Below, piece by piece: positions 28,372 to 38,082 of a stretch of DNA of 64,000 nt. The notes under the pieces are model-generated. The model was not told the origin of the DNA, did not search any database, and worked only from the letters and a program-made list of their open reading frames with translations. Each line of letters starts with the position of its first letter. The first letter of the stretch is position 1. The stretch lies in the IMG/VR virus record IMGVR_UViG_3300032323_000793, positions 1 to 64,000 of that record, one strand, 5' to 3'. The DNA is from a virus. The position numbers were made by a program, and so were the translations under genes.

Positions 28372-31041
28372 TTGAGTTACGTTGACGCATTCTATGATCG
28401 CGACGATGACATGATTCGTGTCGTTGAGCGTGATGACAAAGGCAATAGGAATTATAAAGACTATCCTGCCAAACATTTATTCTATTATTACGACCCTAGA
28501 GGAAAGTATCAGTCTATCAAAGGCGAACCTCTAAGTCGAGTTCTATGTAAAAATATTAAAGAACTCCGTAAAGAATTAGCAATTCATTCCAACAAAAAAC
28601 TTTACGAATCTGATATCAATCCCATCTATCGATGTTTAGAAGATCATTATCTGAATGTTGATGCTCCAAAACTAAATGTAGCATTTTTCGATATTGAAGT
28701 AGACTTTGATCCAGAGCGTGGTTATGCATCACCAGACGATGCATTTATGCCTATTACCGCTATTGCTGTTCATTTGCAGTGGATGGACACATTAGTCTGT
28801 CTAGCGATTCCTCCAAAAACTATGAGCATGGCTGAGGCTAAAAAAGCCGTGGAAGAATTTCCCAATACCATGTTATTCGATAATGAAGCAGAGATGTTAG
28901 ATAACTTCTTGCATCTCATCGAAGATGCAGACGTATTGAGTGGTTGGAATTCAGAAGGTTTCGATATCCCTTATACTGTCAATCGTGTCACAAAAGTATT
29001 AAGCAAGGAAGATACCAAACGCTTTTGTTTATGGAATTGCTATCCTAAGAAACGTGAATATGAAAAATTTGGAAAGACTGCTGTTACTTACGATCTTGTT
29101 GGTAGAGTTCACCTAGATAGTCTCGAAATGTATAGAAAATATACCTATGAAGAACGTCACACTTATAGACTAGATGCTATTGGTGAGATGGAGATCGGCG
29201 AGAACAAAACTGTCTACGAAGGCACACTGGATCAATTGTATAACAATGACTTCCGCAAGTTTATTGAATACAACAGACAAGACTGTGCTCTATTAAACAA
29301 GTTAGATCAAAAATTAAAATTTCTAGACCTTTCCAATAAACTAGCACACGACTGTACTGTTTTGTTACAGACTACTATGGGTGCTGTAGCAGTTACAGAA
29401 CAAGCCATTATCAATGAGGCACATCGAAGAGGAATGATCGTTCCTAATCGTAAAAAGATGGAAGAACATGGCGATACACAGGCGGCTGGTGCGTATGTTG
29501 CCTATCCTAAGAAAGGTATCCATGAATGGATCGGTTCGCTAGATATCAACTCACTGTATCCTTCAGCAATTCGTGCATTGAATATGGGTCCTGAAACTAT
29601 TGTAGGACAACTGCGCCAAGATGGTACTAAAGATTATATTGCAGCAGAAATGGCCAAGGGCAAATCTTTTGCTAGTGCATGGGAAGGTATATTTGGTTCA
29701 TTAGAATATACTGCTGTAATGAATAAAGAAGTAGGTAGAGAAATTACCATAGACTGGGAAGATGGTGGCAGTGATACACTCAGTGCTGCACAGATATATG
29801 ATTTAATCTTTGATAGCAATCAACCTTGGATGCTATCAGCCAATGGCACTATCTTTACCTATGACAAAGAAGGTATCATTCCTGGACTTTTAGCACGGTG
29901 GTATAAAGAACGTAAAGAGATGCAGGCCAAACTTAAAGAATGTATCACTGCTGGAAATAAGATTGAAGAAGAATATTGGGACAAGCGCCAGTTAGTTAAA
30001 AAGATTAACTTGAACAGTTTGTATGGTGCTATTCTTAATCCCGGCTGTAGATTCTTTGATAATAGAATTGGTCAGTCCACAACTCTTACTGGTAGAGCCA
30101 TTGCTCGTCACATGGCAAGTAAAGTGAATGAGATTGTTACTGGAGAATACGATCATGTAGGTAAATCCATTATCTACGGTGATACAGACTCATGTTATTT
30201 TTCAGCATTCTCAACTCTGAAGAAAGAAATTGAAAAAGGTACATTACCTTGGACCAAAGAATCAGTAATCGAACTTTATGATACTATAGGAGAAGAAGTA
30301 AATGGCACGTTTGTTAAGTTCATGCAAGACGCCTTCCATACACCCAAAACTCGAGGAGAGGTCATCAAGGCAGGTCGCGAGATTGTTGCAAGCAAAGGAC
30401 TATTCATCACCAAAAAGCGATATGCAGTCCTCTATTACGACAAAGAAGGAAAACGTACCGATATTGGTGGTAAAGCGGGAAAGATAAAGGCCATGGGATT
30501 AGATCTTAAAAGATCTGATACTCCAGTAGCCATTCAAGACTTTTTAAGTGAAGTTCTTGAGATGGTACTAAAAGGTTCGCAAAAAGAAGATGTACTAGAA
30601 TACATTACTGGATTCCGTACCGAGTTTAAAACTAGACCAGGTTGGGAGAAAGGTAGTCCAAAACGTGCTAATAAAATCTCAGAGTATCGAGATAAAGAAA
30701 AGAAAGCAGGCAAGACTAATATGCCCGGACACGTTCGTGCTAGCCTTAATTGGAATACTTTAAAGCGTATGATGGATGACAAATACTCAATGAGTATTGT
30801 TGACGGAGCCAAAGTTATTGTCTGTAAACTCAAAGATAATCCTATGGCATATACATCCGTAGCATATCCTGTTGACGAACTTAGACTTCCTCAATGGTTC
30901 AAAGATCTTCCATTTGACGATGCTGAAATGGAAACTACAGTCATCGATGAAAAACTTGAAAACCTTATTGGTGTTTTGGAATGGGACATCAGTAGCACAA
31001 GGTCAGATAACACATTCAGTAAACTATTTGATTTTGAGTAA
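28372..31041 (+). CDS. Family B DNA polymerase (gp43-like)
   Basis: Exo DIEVD, GWNSEGFDIPY, YNRQD; Pol SLDINSLYPS, KKINLNSLYG, YGDTDS, KKRY; C-terminal FSKLFDFE clamp-binding-like tail; TTG start. Confidence 0.95.
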   Translation: MSYVDAFYDRDDDMIRVVERDDKGNRNYKDYPAKHLFYYYDPRGKYQSIKGEPLSRVLCKNIKELRKELAIHSNKKLYESDINPIYRCLEDHYLNVDAPKLNVAFFDIEVDFDPERGYASPDDAFMPITAIAVHLQWMDTLVCLAIPPKTMSMAEAKKAVEEFPNTMLFDNEAEMLDNFLHLIEDADVLSGWNSEGFDIPYTVNRVTKVLSKEDTKRFCLWNCYPKKREYEKFGKTAVTYDLVGRVHLDSLEMYRKYTYEERHTYRLDAIGEMEIGENKTVYEGTLDQLYNNDFRKFIEYNRQDCALLNKLDQKLKFLDLSNKLAHDCTVLLQTTMGAVAVTEQAIINEAHRRGMIVPNRKKMEEHGDTQAAGAYVAYPKKGIHEWIGSLDINSLYPSAIRALNMGPETIVGQLRQDGTKDYIAAEMAKGKSFASAWEGIFGSLEYTAVMNKEVGREITIDWEDGGSDTLSAAQIYDLIFDSNQPWMLSANGTIFTYDKEGIIPGLLARWYKERKEMQAKLKECITAGNKIEEEYWDKRQLVKKINLNSLYGAILNPGCRFFDNRIGQSTTLTGRAIARHMASKVNEIVTGEYDHVGKSIIYGDTDSCYFSAFSTLKKEIEKGTLPWTKESVIELYDTIGEEVNGTFVKFMQDAFHTPKTRGEVIKAGREIVASKGLFITKKRYAVLYYDKEGKRTDIGGKAGKIKAMGLDLKRSDTPVAIQDFLSEVLEMVLKGSQKEDVLEYITGFRTEFKTRPGWEKGSPKRANKISEYRDKEKKAGKTNMPGHVRASLNWNTLKRMMDDKYSMSIVDGAKVIVCKLKDNPMAYTSVAYPVDELRLPQWFKDLPFDDAEMETTVIDEKLENLIGVLEWDISSTRSDNTFSKLFDFE

Positions 31042-31049
31042 TTTAGCGG

Positions 31050-31078
31050 TTGCTTTTTACTCACGATCTAAATATAAT
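31050..31078 (+). promoter_or_regulatory. Sigma70-type promoter with overlapping TAAATA
   Basis: TTGCTT, 17-nt spacer, TATAAT; TAAATA at 31069-74. Confidence 0.65.
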
Positions 31079-31101
31079 CTTATTATTAAGGAGAATTCTC
31101 A

Positions 31102-31839
31102 ATGAAGGACATTTTACAAGACATCGTGTCTCATACACAAAATCTAGGCTTCCTAACAACTGTTAAGGTTACAGGAGCCAAAGATGGCACAAATATTTTT
31201 TCAATGGCTGATGATCGATCAGTTATTATGGAAGCCACTACACACAATCCGTATCCAGATATGATTGGTGTATTTGGTATGCCGCAACTACAGAAACTCA
31301 AGTATTTGTTAGACGGTAGCGAATATAAAGAAGATGCTAAAATTACTATTACTACAGCAGAACGTAACGGAGAAGTTATTCCAGTCGGTATTCACTTTGA
31401 AAACAAAGACGGCGACTTCAAGAACGACTATCGTTTTATGAATCAGGAAATCATCAATGAAAAGATGAAGACTGTTAAGTTCCGCGGTGTTAAGTGGGAT
31501 GTAGAAGTAGAACCTAGCGTGGCCTCTGTTCAACGTTTTAACTTTCAAGCAGGTGCTAACAACGAACATCCAACATTCTTAGCCAAGACAGACAGCGGCA
31601 ACTTAAAGTTTATCTTTGGTGATGCTTCAACACACGGCGGCGAGTTTGTGTTTGCTATGGGTGTAACTGGTAAATTAGATCGCGGTTGGACTTGGCCAGT
31701 GTTGCCAATCTTGAGTATTCTTAAGATTGCAGATGTCAATAACACAAAGATGTCTTTGAGTAATGAAGGTGCTATTCAAATTACTCTAGATAGCGGCCTT
31801 GCTACTTACAAATATATTATTCCTGCACAAGCAGCCTAA
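31102..31839 (+). CDS. Probable sliding clamp (gp45/PCNA-like)
   Basis: 245 aa with an alternating beta pattern, directly after the polymerase; a clamp loader is present; ends in a PCNA-like YKYIIPA. Confidence 0.55.
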   Translation: MKDILQDIVSHTQNLGFLTTVKVTGAKDGTNIFSMADDRSVIMEATTHNPYPDMIGVFGMPQLQKLKYLLDGSEYKEDAKITITTAERNGEVIPVGIHFENKDGDFKNDYRFMNQEIINEKMKTVKFRGVKWDVEVEPSVASVQRFNFQAGANNEHPTFLAKTDSGNLKFIFGDASTHGGEFVFAMGVTGKLDRGWTWPVLPILSILKIADVNNTKMSLSNEGAIQITLDSGLATYKYIIPAQAA

Positions 31840-31841
31840 AT

Positions 31842-32213
31842 ATGATTAAGAATATTACTGCTTCTGGACGGTATATGCAGGTCACTGGAGGAAACTCCAG
31901 TACCTACGTAAATGCATATTCCGGATCTCAAGGTGTTGGCAATATGCGATACAATACTTCTTTGCAACAAATGGAAGTGTTCGACGGCAATAATTGGATT
32001 ACTATTGCTATGGATTATACCAGTGTCGGGCTAAACGGTGAAGCAGAATCATTACTTGATTGGGCACGTAAGAAACGTGACGAAGAATTGGCTTGGGAAT
32101 CTTTGGCAAAAGATAATCAGGCTGTTAAAATAGCATTAGAAAACGTAGAACAGGCACGTAGACAATTAGATATTACAGCAAAACTAGCGAGAGATTATGA
32201 AACAACCAGTTAA
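31842..32213 (+). CDS. Hypothetical protein
   Basis: GNMRYNT..QQMEVFDGNNW motif plus coiled coil. Confidence 0.55.
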   Translation: MIKNITASGRYMQVTGGNSSTYVNAYSGSQGVGNMRYNTSLQQMEVFDGNNWITIAMDYTSVGLNGEAESLLDWARKKRDEELAWESLAKDNQAVKIALENVEQARRQLDITAKLARDYETTS

Positions 32214-33741
32214 CCTAACACCATTACAAAAAGACTATGCAGTATATCTGCCTGCCATTAGTTCTTTTTACAGCACCTATGTAGATAAACAAAGACAAGA
32301 CGAATTTATTCCTAAAGATCGTATTCCTGCGGGATTTGATCGTGGTGTTGAAGGTATGAACTTCCTTAATCCCGAACAAGGATATTTTTATTATAAACAT
32401 GCTCTATATTCTGCAGGTCATGCACAGTTAGATATTGAAAAAAGTCTTAAACAAGAATTAATGATTCAAGATCGAGATCGTTCAAAGACAATGATCTTAG
32501 GCGATTCTGGCGGATATCAAATTGGTAAAGGTGTTATTAAATTTGATTGGCAAAATTTTGAAGGCGCTGAAGCCAATAAAGTTAGAAAAAAGATTTTAAC
32601 TTGGTTAGATGTTACTGCTGACTGGTCTATGATGTTAGACGTTCCGACTTGGGCCTGTGATCATATTCATAGTCCAAAGACTGGACTTAAATCTTTTGAC
32701 GATTGCCTCGATAAAACTAAATTCAATAACAAATATTTTATTGAAAATAGAATTGGCTCTAAAGAAGGCGGAACTAAACTATTAAATGTTCTTCAAGGTT
32801 CTAATTGGGAAAACGCAGAGGCATGGTATCAAGGTGTAAAAGAATATTCCGATACATCTAAGTATGGGGACAGAGCCGCTGAAGGTTGGGCTATGGGCGG
32901 TGCTAATATGTGTAAGATGCCTATTACCCTTAAACGTCTTATTACTATGCGTTTTGATGATATGCTAGAAGGTAAAAATTGGATGCACTTCTTGGGTACT
33001 GCACAGTTAGACTGGGCATGTTACTTAACTGCTATCCAGCGCCAGATTAGGAAACACATAAATGAAGAATTCACTATCTCTTTCGACTGTGCATCACCTT
33101 TCATCGCAACAGCACACGGATTGGTATATACTAACGCCCAGCACACCTCTAAACGATTCAGTGTTATCATGGATAAAGCCCCGGATGATAAGAGTCTTTC
33201 CGGACGGCACGATATACCTTTTCCTTTCGAAAGCAATTTCGGTCAAAGACTTACAATCGCAGATATATGCCACTATGCACCAGGAATGTTAAACAAGATT
33301 GGCAAAGAAGGCAAAACTAGTTGGGATAGTTTTGCCTATGCTCTAATGATGGGTCATAACGTAGAATGTCATATTCGTGCTGTTCAACGTGCTAATAATC
33401 TAATGGACATTGAACTTGCCAAACACAAACCAGATTGGAGACGTTGGAGAAAAGTCAAAGATGCTGACAAATCTGACGAAATGTCAGAGTGGGTGCCAAG
33501 GAATGTATTATACTTCAATCGATTTGTTGAAGAATTGTTTGCACTTAATACCAAAGACGAAGCATTTGAAATGATAGCCGAAGCAGAACGTTTAGGATTC
33601 TTACAAAACTTAGAAGGTGCTAGGTTACGTGGCGGTGTTACAAACATTGCTCATACACTTTTTTATGAAGAATCGGAAGACGAAACTTCTTGGGAAGACG
33701 ACCGAGAGGATGAGGCATTAGATAATCTAAAAATTGATTAA
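32197..33741 (+). CDS. dpdA: DpdA-like DNA-guanine transglycosylase (TGT fold)
   Basis: GDSGGYQ, MMLD, VLQG, GWAMGG, HFLG and SFDCASP align with TGT catalytic motifs; FolE and QueE are nearby. Confidence 0.8.
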   Translation: MKQPVNLTPLQKDYAVYLPAISSFYSTYVDKQRQDEFIPKDRIPAGFDRGVEGMNFLNPEQGYFYYKHALYSAGHAQLDIEKSLKQELMIQDRDRSKTMILGDSGGYQIGKGVIKFDWQNFEGAEANKVRKKILTWLDVTADWSMMLDVPTWACDHIHSPKTGLKSFDDCLDKTKFNNKYFIENRIGSKEGGTKLLNVLQGSNWENAEAWYQGVKEYSDTSKYGDRAAEGWAMGGANMCKMPITLKRLITMRFDDMLEGKNWMHFLGTAQLDWACYLTAIQRQIRKHINEEFTISFDCASPFIATAHGLVYTNAQHTSKRFSVIMDKAPDDKSLSGRHDIPFPFESNFGQRLTIADICHYAPGMLNKIGKEGKTSWDSFAYALMMGHNVECHIRAVQRANNLMDIELAKHKPDWRRWRKVKDADKSDEMSEWVPRNVLYFNRFVEELFALNTKDEAFEMIAEAERLGFLQNLEGARLRGGVTNIAHTLFYEESEDETSWEDDREDEALDNLKID

Positions 33742-33750
33742 GGAGTTATT

Positions 33751-33960
33751 ATGTACGAAAATCGTATAGCACACTTAGAAGAAGCACATAGAGCCTTGGA
33801 CAAACAAATTGATCTTTTAATACGTGAAGGCAAATACGAAGATACCAGTATGCACAATTTGAAGAAACAAAGGTTGCTTTATAAAGACGAAATTGCTAAA
33901 CTTAAACGTCAGCAATGGGAACATGATAACGAAACTATAGATTTTGACGATGACAGATAA
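33751..33960 (+). CDS. DUF465/YdcH-like coiled-coil protein
   Basis: L.E.H..LD.QI...LKKQRL..KDEI. Confidence 0.7.
   Translation: MYENRIAHLEEAHRALDKQIDLLIREGKYEDTSMHNLKKQRLLYKDEIAKLKRQQWEHDNETIDFDDDR
33874..33902 (+). promoter_or_regulatory. Sigma70-type promoter candidate for the dpdL/GT/folE block
   Basis: TTGCTT, 17-nt spacer, TAAACT with an extended TG. Confidence 0.45.
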
Positions 33961-33978
33961 CTTTAAAAAGAAAGCAGT

Positions 33979-34512
33979 ATGAAAAGAGATTACAAAGACG
34001 GTGTTGCTTCAGACATTACATTCTTTACTGGGGTAGAGATTGAACGCACACCTGCCTACGGAATGAAAACTCTGTTTGTTGTTGGAGTTCATGATCCATA
34101 TGTTATCATGGAACTTGCCCGTAATAACAAATGTAAACATATCTACTTTGGTGCTAATCAAAGTTTTAAGACTAAAGGCGTCAACGATACCGAAACCTGG
34201 CGTCCTTGGGAAGATATGATCTATGTGTGTCTAGATGCAGAGGACGGATTTTGGTGTACTCTAGATTTCGATGTTTGTGAAACGGAAGGATTGCTTGAGA
34301 GCGGTCTTACCGAAAAGCGTAGATTTATTCCGCAGATTAGTGTAAAATTACCTTATATTAATCAACTAGGTTATAACGCTACACTTAAGATCGACGATAA
34401 AGATTTTTCAGCAACTAATCCTGGGGTTTGGTGCCATAACCTACAGGACCTATTAGGAAGAGACCGCTTCACTGATTGGGATCAATATGGCAAAGATGAG
34501 ATTTTACAATGA
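33979..34512 (+). CDS. Hypothetical protein in the deazaguanine cluster
   Basis: 177 aa; FF.G.E.E.TPA.G..TLFV.G, HIYFGANQSF, KIDD.DF.A.NPGVW. Confidence 0.65.
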   Translation: MKRDYKDGVASDITFFTGVEIERTPAYGMKTLFVVGVHDPYVIMELARNNKCKHIYFGANQSFKTKGVNDTETWRPWEDMIYVCLDAEDGFWCTLDFDVCETEGLLESGLTEKRRFIPQISVKLPYINQLGYNATLKIDDKDFSATNPGVWCHNLQDLLGRDRFTDWDQYGKDEILQ

Positions 34513-34865
34513 GTAGCGGATACGCAGTAGCATCACCTCGTGGTTTAACTAGCATTAAACGTGCAAGACACAGAGTAGAAGAAAAGAAACCTATGAAACT
34601 AACATTAAAACAACGCCTTCGTAACTGGTTACTAGAAAGTCCAGATGAATCAGTGCCACAGGATATCTATGTTGAAGAAGATAAACTTTCTTCAGACGGT
34701 ATGCGATTACAAATCTACAAAGCCAGTGGTGGATATGTTGTAGAGACCCGCGGTTATGATCGTAAAATGGACCGTAATAACTATACCATGCATGTAATTA
34801 AAGAAGAAGAAGATCTAGGCGAAAGGCTTGGAAAGATCGTTATGATGGAGGCACTAAGAGGATGA
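34509..34865 (+). CDS. Hypothetical protein
   Basis: ATGA overlaps at both ends. Confidence 0.6.
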   Translation: MSSGYAVASPRGLTSIKRARHRVEEKKPMKLTLKQRLRNWLLESPDESVPQDIYVEEDKLSSDGMRLQIYKASGGYVVETRGYDRKMDRNNYTMHVIKEEEDLGERLGKIVMMEALRG

Positions 34866-35251
34866 TTATTCGTCAAGACACCCGTCCTAACAAAATGATT
34901 TGGGTTACCTTCCAAAAAGAAGGTATGCACAAGTATCCAGCCGCACTTACAGATCCCTCACTTGCCACAGGTGATGAATATGATGTTAGTTTCCTAGGAT
35001 ATCCGCATCGTCACATCTTCCATTTTAAAGTTTGGATTGGTGTAACTCATAATGATCGCGATATTGAGTTTATTCAGTTTAAACGTTGGTTGCTAAATCT
35101 GTATAAAGATGCTACAATTAGTTTAGACTTTAAGAGTTGTGAAATGATGTCAGACGATTTATATGACATTATTAGCAAAAAGTATCCAGGCCGTGAGGTT
35201 TGGATTGAGGTCTCCGAAGACGGAGAAAATGGTTCATTCATCAAATATTAA
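34862..35251 (+). CDS. QueD-like T-fold protein (DpdL-type)
   Basis: EGMH, LGYPHRHIF (LxxxHRHxF instead of the QueD CxxxHGH), SCEM, VSEDGENG. Confidence 0.7.
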   Translation: MIIRQDTRPNKMIWVTFQKEGMHKYPAALTDPSLATGDEYDVSFLGYPHRHIFHFKVWIGVTHNDRDIEFIQFKRWLLNLYKDATISLDFKSCEMMSDDLYDIISKKYPGREVWIEVSEDGENGSFIKY

Positions 35252-35262
35252 AGGAAAGTCAG

Positions 35263-35514
35263 ATGAAAAACTACAAGGACTACAGGTACTTTGAAAATCG
35301 TCCTGATGTTGTAAGAGTGTGGGATGACCTCGAGTCATATCACGATTGGTGCAGATTTGAACTCTGCGATTTCAACCCTGCTGATCTTTATCGCAAAGAT
35401 TCTGCAAATTACTCTGCTTACCTAGCAAGTAAACGTCCACGTAGACCTTACCAAGGTAAGAATCCACGTTGGGACAACAATGGAAGACGCAATGAGCAAC
35501 GTTTTTCTCGTTGA
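35263..35514 (+). CDS. Hypothetical protein
   Basis: AAGGA RBS; basic C-terminus. Confidence 0.55.
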   Translation: MKNYKDYRYFENRPDVVRVWDDLESYHDWCRFELCDFNPADLYRKDSANYSAYLASKRPRRPYQGKNPRWDNNGRRNEQRFSR

Positions 35515-36601
35515 TCTCGAAGCAGTAGAAACAAGATATACGGGTCAGTGGAAAACCCACTTACCCGATCTTTTGCGGAGACATGGGCATGACGTTCAAG
35601 TTATCAGTGGTCCTGAAGATATTCCTTCTGCCACTACTCCTGGCGCCTTTCTTAATTTCGGCGGCACTAATATCTATAAGTCTAGTCAAGTTGAACAGAT
35701 CAGTCGGTTATTTTGCTCCGGATCAGTTAAGCCTAATGATCAGTTCATCTTTACTGATGCTTGGCACCCTGGTATCATAAATCTAAAGTACATGAGCGAA
35801 CTTCTTGGCATCCCTGTCAAGATTCACGCATTATGGCATGCCGGTAGTTATGATCCTCAAGACTTTTTAGGTCGTCTTATTGGTAATGCACCTTGGGTTA
35901 GACATGCCGAGAAATCTTTCTTTGCTGCAATTGATCATAACTATTTTGCCACAGACTTTCATATTGAAATGTTCGATGCTAATCTTCTTAACGACGGTAT
36001 GATAGAAAATCCGTGGCGTCATGAAGATATGCAAGAATATATGCAAGAAGGTAAAATTATAAGATCAGGATGGCCTATGGAGTATATGGCAGATACTTTG
36101 CTAATGTATAAGAATATGCCTAAACGTAATCTTATCCTTTTTCCGCATCGTATTGCTCCGGAAAAACAAGTTGAGATTTTTAGAGATCTAAAAGAACAAC
36201 TGCCTCAATATGAATTTGTTGTTTGTCAAGATCAACAACTAACAAAGAACGAATATCATAATATGTTAGGTGAGGCTAAACTAGTGTTTAGTGCTAATCT
36301 ACAAGAAACATTAGGTATCAGTTGGTATGAAGGTGCTTTAGTTGATGCTATTCCGATGGTGCCAGATCGTTTAAGTTACAGAGAAATGGCATTAGACTGT
36401 TTTAAGTATCCTTCCGAGTGGACAGAATCATTTGACAGTTACAAAACGCACAGAGATTTAGTAGTCAGTAAAATAATTGACTACATGGAAAATTACGAAA
36501 AATATTTTGTAAACCTAAATAAACAGGTAGATATCTTAAAACTAGATTTCTTTAGTTGTGATAATCTATTAGAAAAATTAAAATGTCATCCACGACACTA
36601 A
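35492..36601 (+). CDS. GT-B (GT4-like) glycosyltransferase
   Basis: FPHRIAPEK, QETLGISWYEG (E-x7-E), P.VPDRLSY.E. Confidence 0.75.
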   Translation: MSNVFLVDLEAVETRYTGQWKTHLPDLLRRHGHDVQVISGPEDIPSATTPGAFLNFGGTNIYKSSQVEQISRLFCSGSVKPNDQFIFTDAWHPGIINLKYMSELLGIPVKIHALWHAGSYDPQDFLGRLIGNAPWVRHAEKSFFAAIDHNYFATDFHIEMFDANLLNDGMIENPWRHEDMQEYMQEGKIIRSGWPMEYMADTLLMYKNMPKRNLILFPHRIAPEKQVEIFRDLKEQLPQYEFVVCQDQQLTKNEYHNMLGEAKLVFSANLQETLGISWYEGALVDAIPMVPDRLSYREMALDCFKYPSEWTESFDSYKTHRDLVVSKIIDYMENYEKYFVNLNKQVDILKLDFFSCDNLLEKLKCHPRH

Positions 36602-36616
36602 CTCGGAGAATTAGAA

Positions 36617-37363
36617 TTGACAAATAAAAAAGAAACAGGCCTGGACGCAATGGCAGGCGACGGTGGCTATCAAGAAGCATACCTAGGCGATCACATTCGC
36701 TTTAAAATGAAACGTGAAGGCAAGCGTTTCTGGGCAGGCGACAACATCAGTGATTATCTGTACGAAGGTGATAAAGAACGCCTAATCGACGAAGCAACAG
36801 AAGCGTTTGAACTAGTGCTTGATCGATTGCTAATTGATCGTGAAAACGATCCTAATAGCCAAGGAACTGCTCGTCGTTTGGCTAAAATGTATTTTAACGA
36901 AATAATGGCAGGTAGATATGAACAAGCACCAGATTGCACAGCATTCCCTAATGACAGCGAGGATCGTTACGAAGGTATGTTGGTTGTTCGTAGTGAGTTG
37001 CGCTCTATGTGTAGTCATCATCATCAACCCGTTAGTGGCGTTGCTTACATTGGTATTATTGCGGCTTCCAAACTCATTGGCCTCTCTAAGTACACACGTA
37101 TCGCACAGTGGTGCGCAAGACGTGGTACTCTCCAGGAGGAACTTGCTAATGATATTGCTCGCGAGATCGCCAAGGCCACCGGAGCAGAAGACGTAGGTGT
37201 GTATATTCAGGCAGTACATGGATGCTGTGAGAATAGAGGCATTATGGCACATAGTTCATTAACACAGACTACTGTACTTAAAGGTGCTTTCAAGGACGAT
37301 CAGAGTACTAAGAAAGAATTCTTTGATAACATTAAATTGCAACAAGACTTTGCTCCACGATAA
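36617..37363 (+). CDS. folE: GTP cyclohydrolase I
   Basis: TARR.AK, SMCSHHHQP, GLSK..R, QEEL, H.C...RG; TTG start after GGAG. Confidence 0.92.
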   Translation: MTNKKETGLDAMAGDGGYQEAYLGDHIRFKMKREGKRFWAGDNISDYLYEGDKERLIDEATEAFELVLDRLLIDRENDPNSQGTARRLAKMYFNEIMAGRYEQAPDCTAFPNDSEDRYEGMLVVRSELRSMCSHHHQPVSGVAYIGIIAASKLIGLSKYTRIAQWCARRGTLQEELANDIAREIAKATGAEDVGVYIQAVHGCCENRGIMAHSSLTQTTVLKGAFKDDQSTKKEFFDNIKLQQDFAPR

Positions 37364-37371
37364 GGAATTCT

Positions 37372-37875
37372 ATGAGTCAAGTATATGTAATTAAACCTCT
37401 GCATAAAAAAAGCATTGTCTATCATGTAGAAATGTATCGTAATAATCCAGACGGTAGCGTTGGCTGGTTTAATATTGACGAAACATATCGTTGGGGGCAA
37501 GGTTTTGTTGAAGGTGATCTAGACTGCAACCTTCCCTGGGAAGGCGACCCTGTTGCCTATGCTCGAGCAGATTGCGGTTGGGGTTGCGAGTTTGATGACA
37601 GTATTAATATTGAAATTGAATTCAGTGACGACATCAGCAAAGAAGAACAAGAAGAAATCCGACAAGCCTACTACGAAGGTGGTGCGGCATGGCTGTTTGA
37701 TGGCGAGCACAGTTGGTGTGAAGAAGACACTGCGGTACATATTGTTGCACCCTATCAAATAGATCTGTGCAACGATGATGGTACGGTCATTGAAGAAAAC
37801 ATTAAACTTAAACCACGGCCCGATCCAAGAACAAGTTGGCCTTGGAGTGTGGATAACCCTAAACCTGAGGAATAA
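37372..37875 (+). CDS. Acidic hypothetical protein
   Basis: AAGGA RBS; 167 aa. Confidence 0.6.
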   Translation: MSQVYVIKPLHKKSIVYHVEMYRNNPDGSVGWFNIDETYRWGQGFVEGDLDCNLPWEGDPVAYARADCGWGCEFDDSINIEIEFSDDISKEEQEEIRQAYYEGGAAWLFDGEHSWCEEDTAVHIVAPYQIDLCNDDGTVIEENIKLKPRPDPRTSWPWSVDNPKPEE

Positions 37876-37876
37876 T

Positions 37877-38080
37877 ATGAGAACAGAAATTATTAGCGTA
37901 CTAAAACAACATTTTGAAGCACACATTCTTAAACACAAAATGAATGTGGACATTATGTTAAACAATCCAATGGCTATTCATGAGCATACAGATCTAATGG
38001 ATGCTATTGAAAAGGAAGTAGCATTGATAGCAGAATATCAAGACAAGTTAGAAATAATGAACGTTTATTTTGGAGAATAA
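37877..38080 (+). CDS. Hypothetical protein
   Basis: ATG at 37877 after GAGG; N..I.L.NP.AI.EH.D....IE.E. Confidence 0.6.
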   Translation: MRTEIISVLKQHFEAHILKHKMNVDIMLNNPMAIHEHTDLMDAIEKEVALIAEYQDKLEIMNVYFGE

Positions 38081-38082
38081 TC

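Noticed and set aside
28372-31041. Intein or intron in the DNA polymerase
   Set aside because: Continuous ORF of normal size; the insertion after GPET has no intein splice or LAGLIDADG motifs.
32197-33741. Ordinary tRNA-guanine transglycosylase (tgt)
   Set aside because: Lacks the CxCxxC zinc motif, is highly diverged, and sits among replication and folE/queE genes, so DpdA is more likely.
34862-35251. Canonical QueD
   Set aside because: The catalytic CxxxHGH motif is replaced by LxxxHRHxF; kept as QueD-like/DpdL-type, though QueD activity cannot be excluded.
36585-36617. preQ1 riboswitch upstream of folE
   Set aside because: Only a 4-bp TGTC/GACA stem; lacks the preQ1-I loop and A-rich tail.
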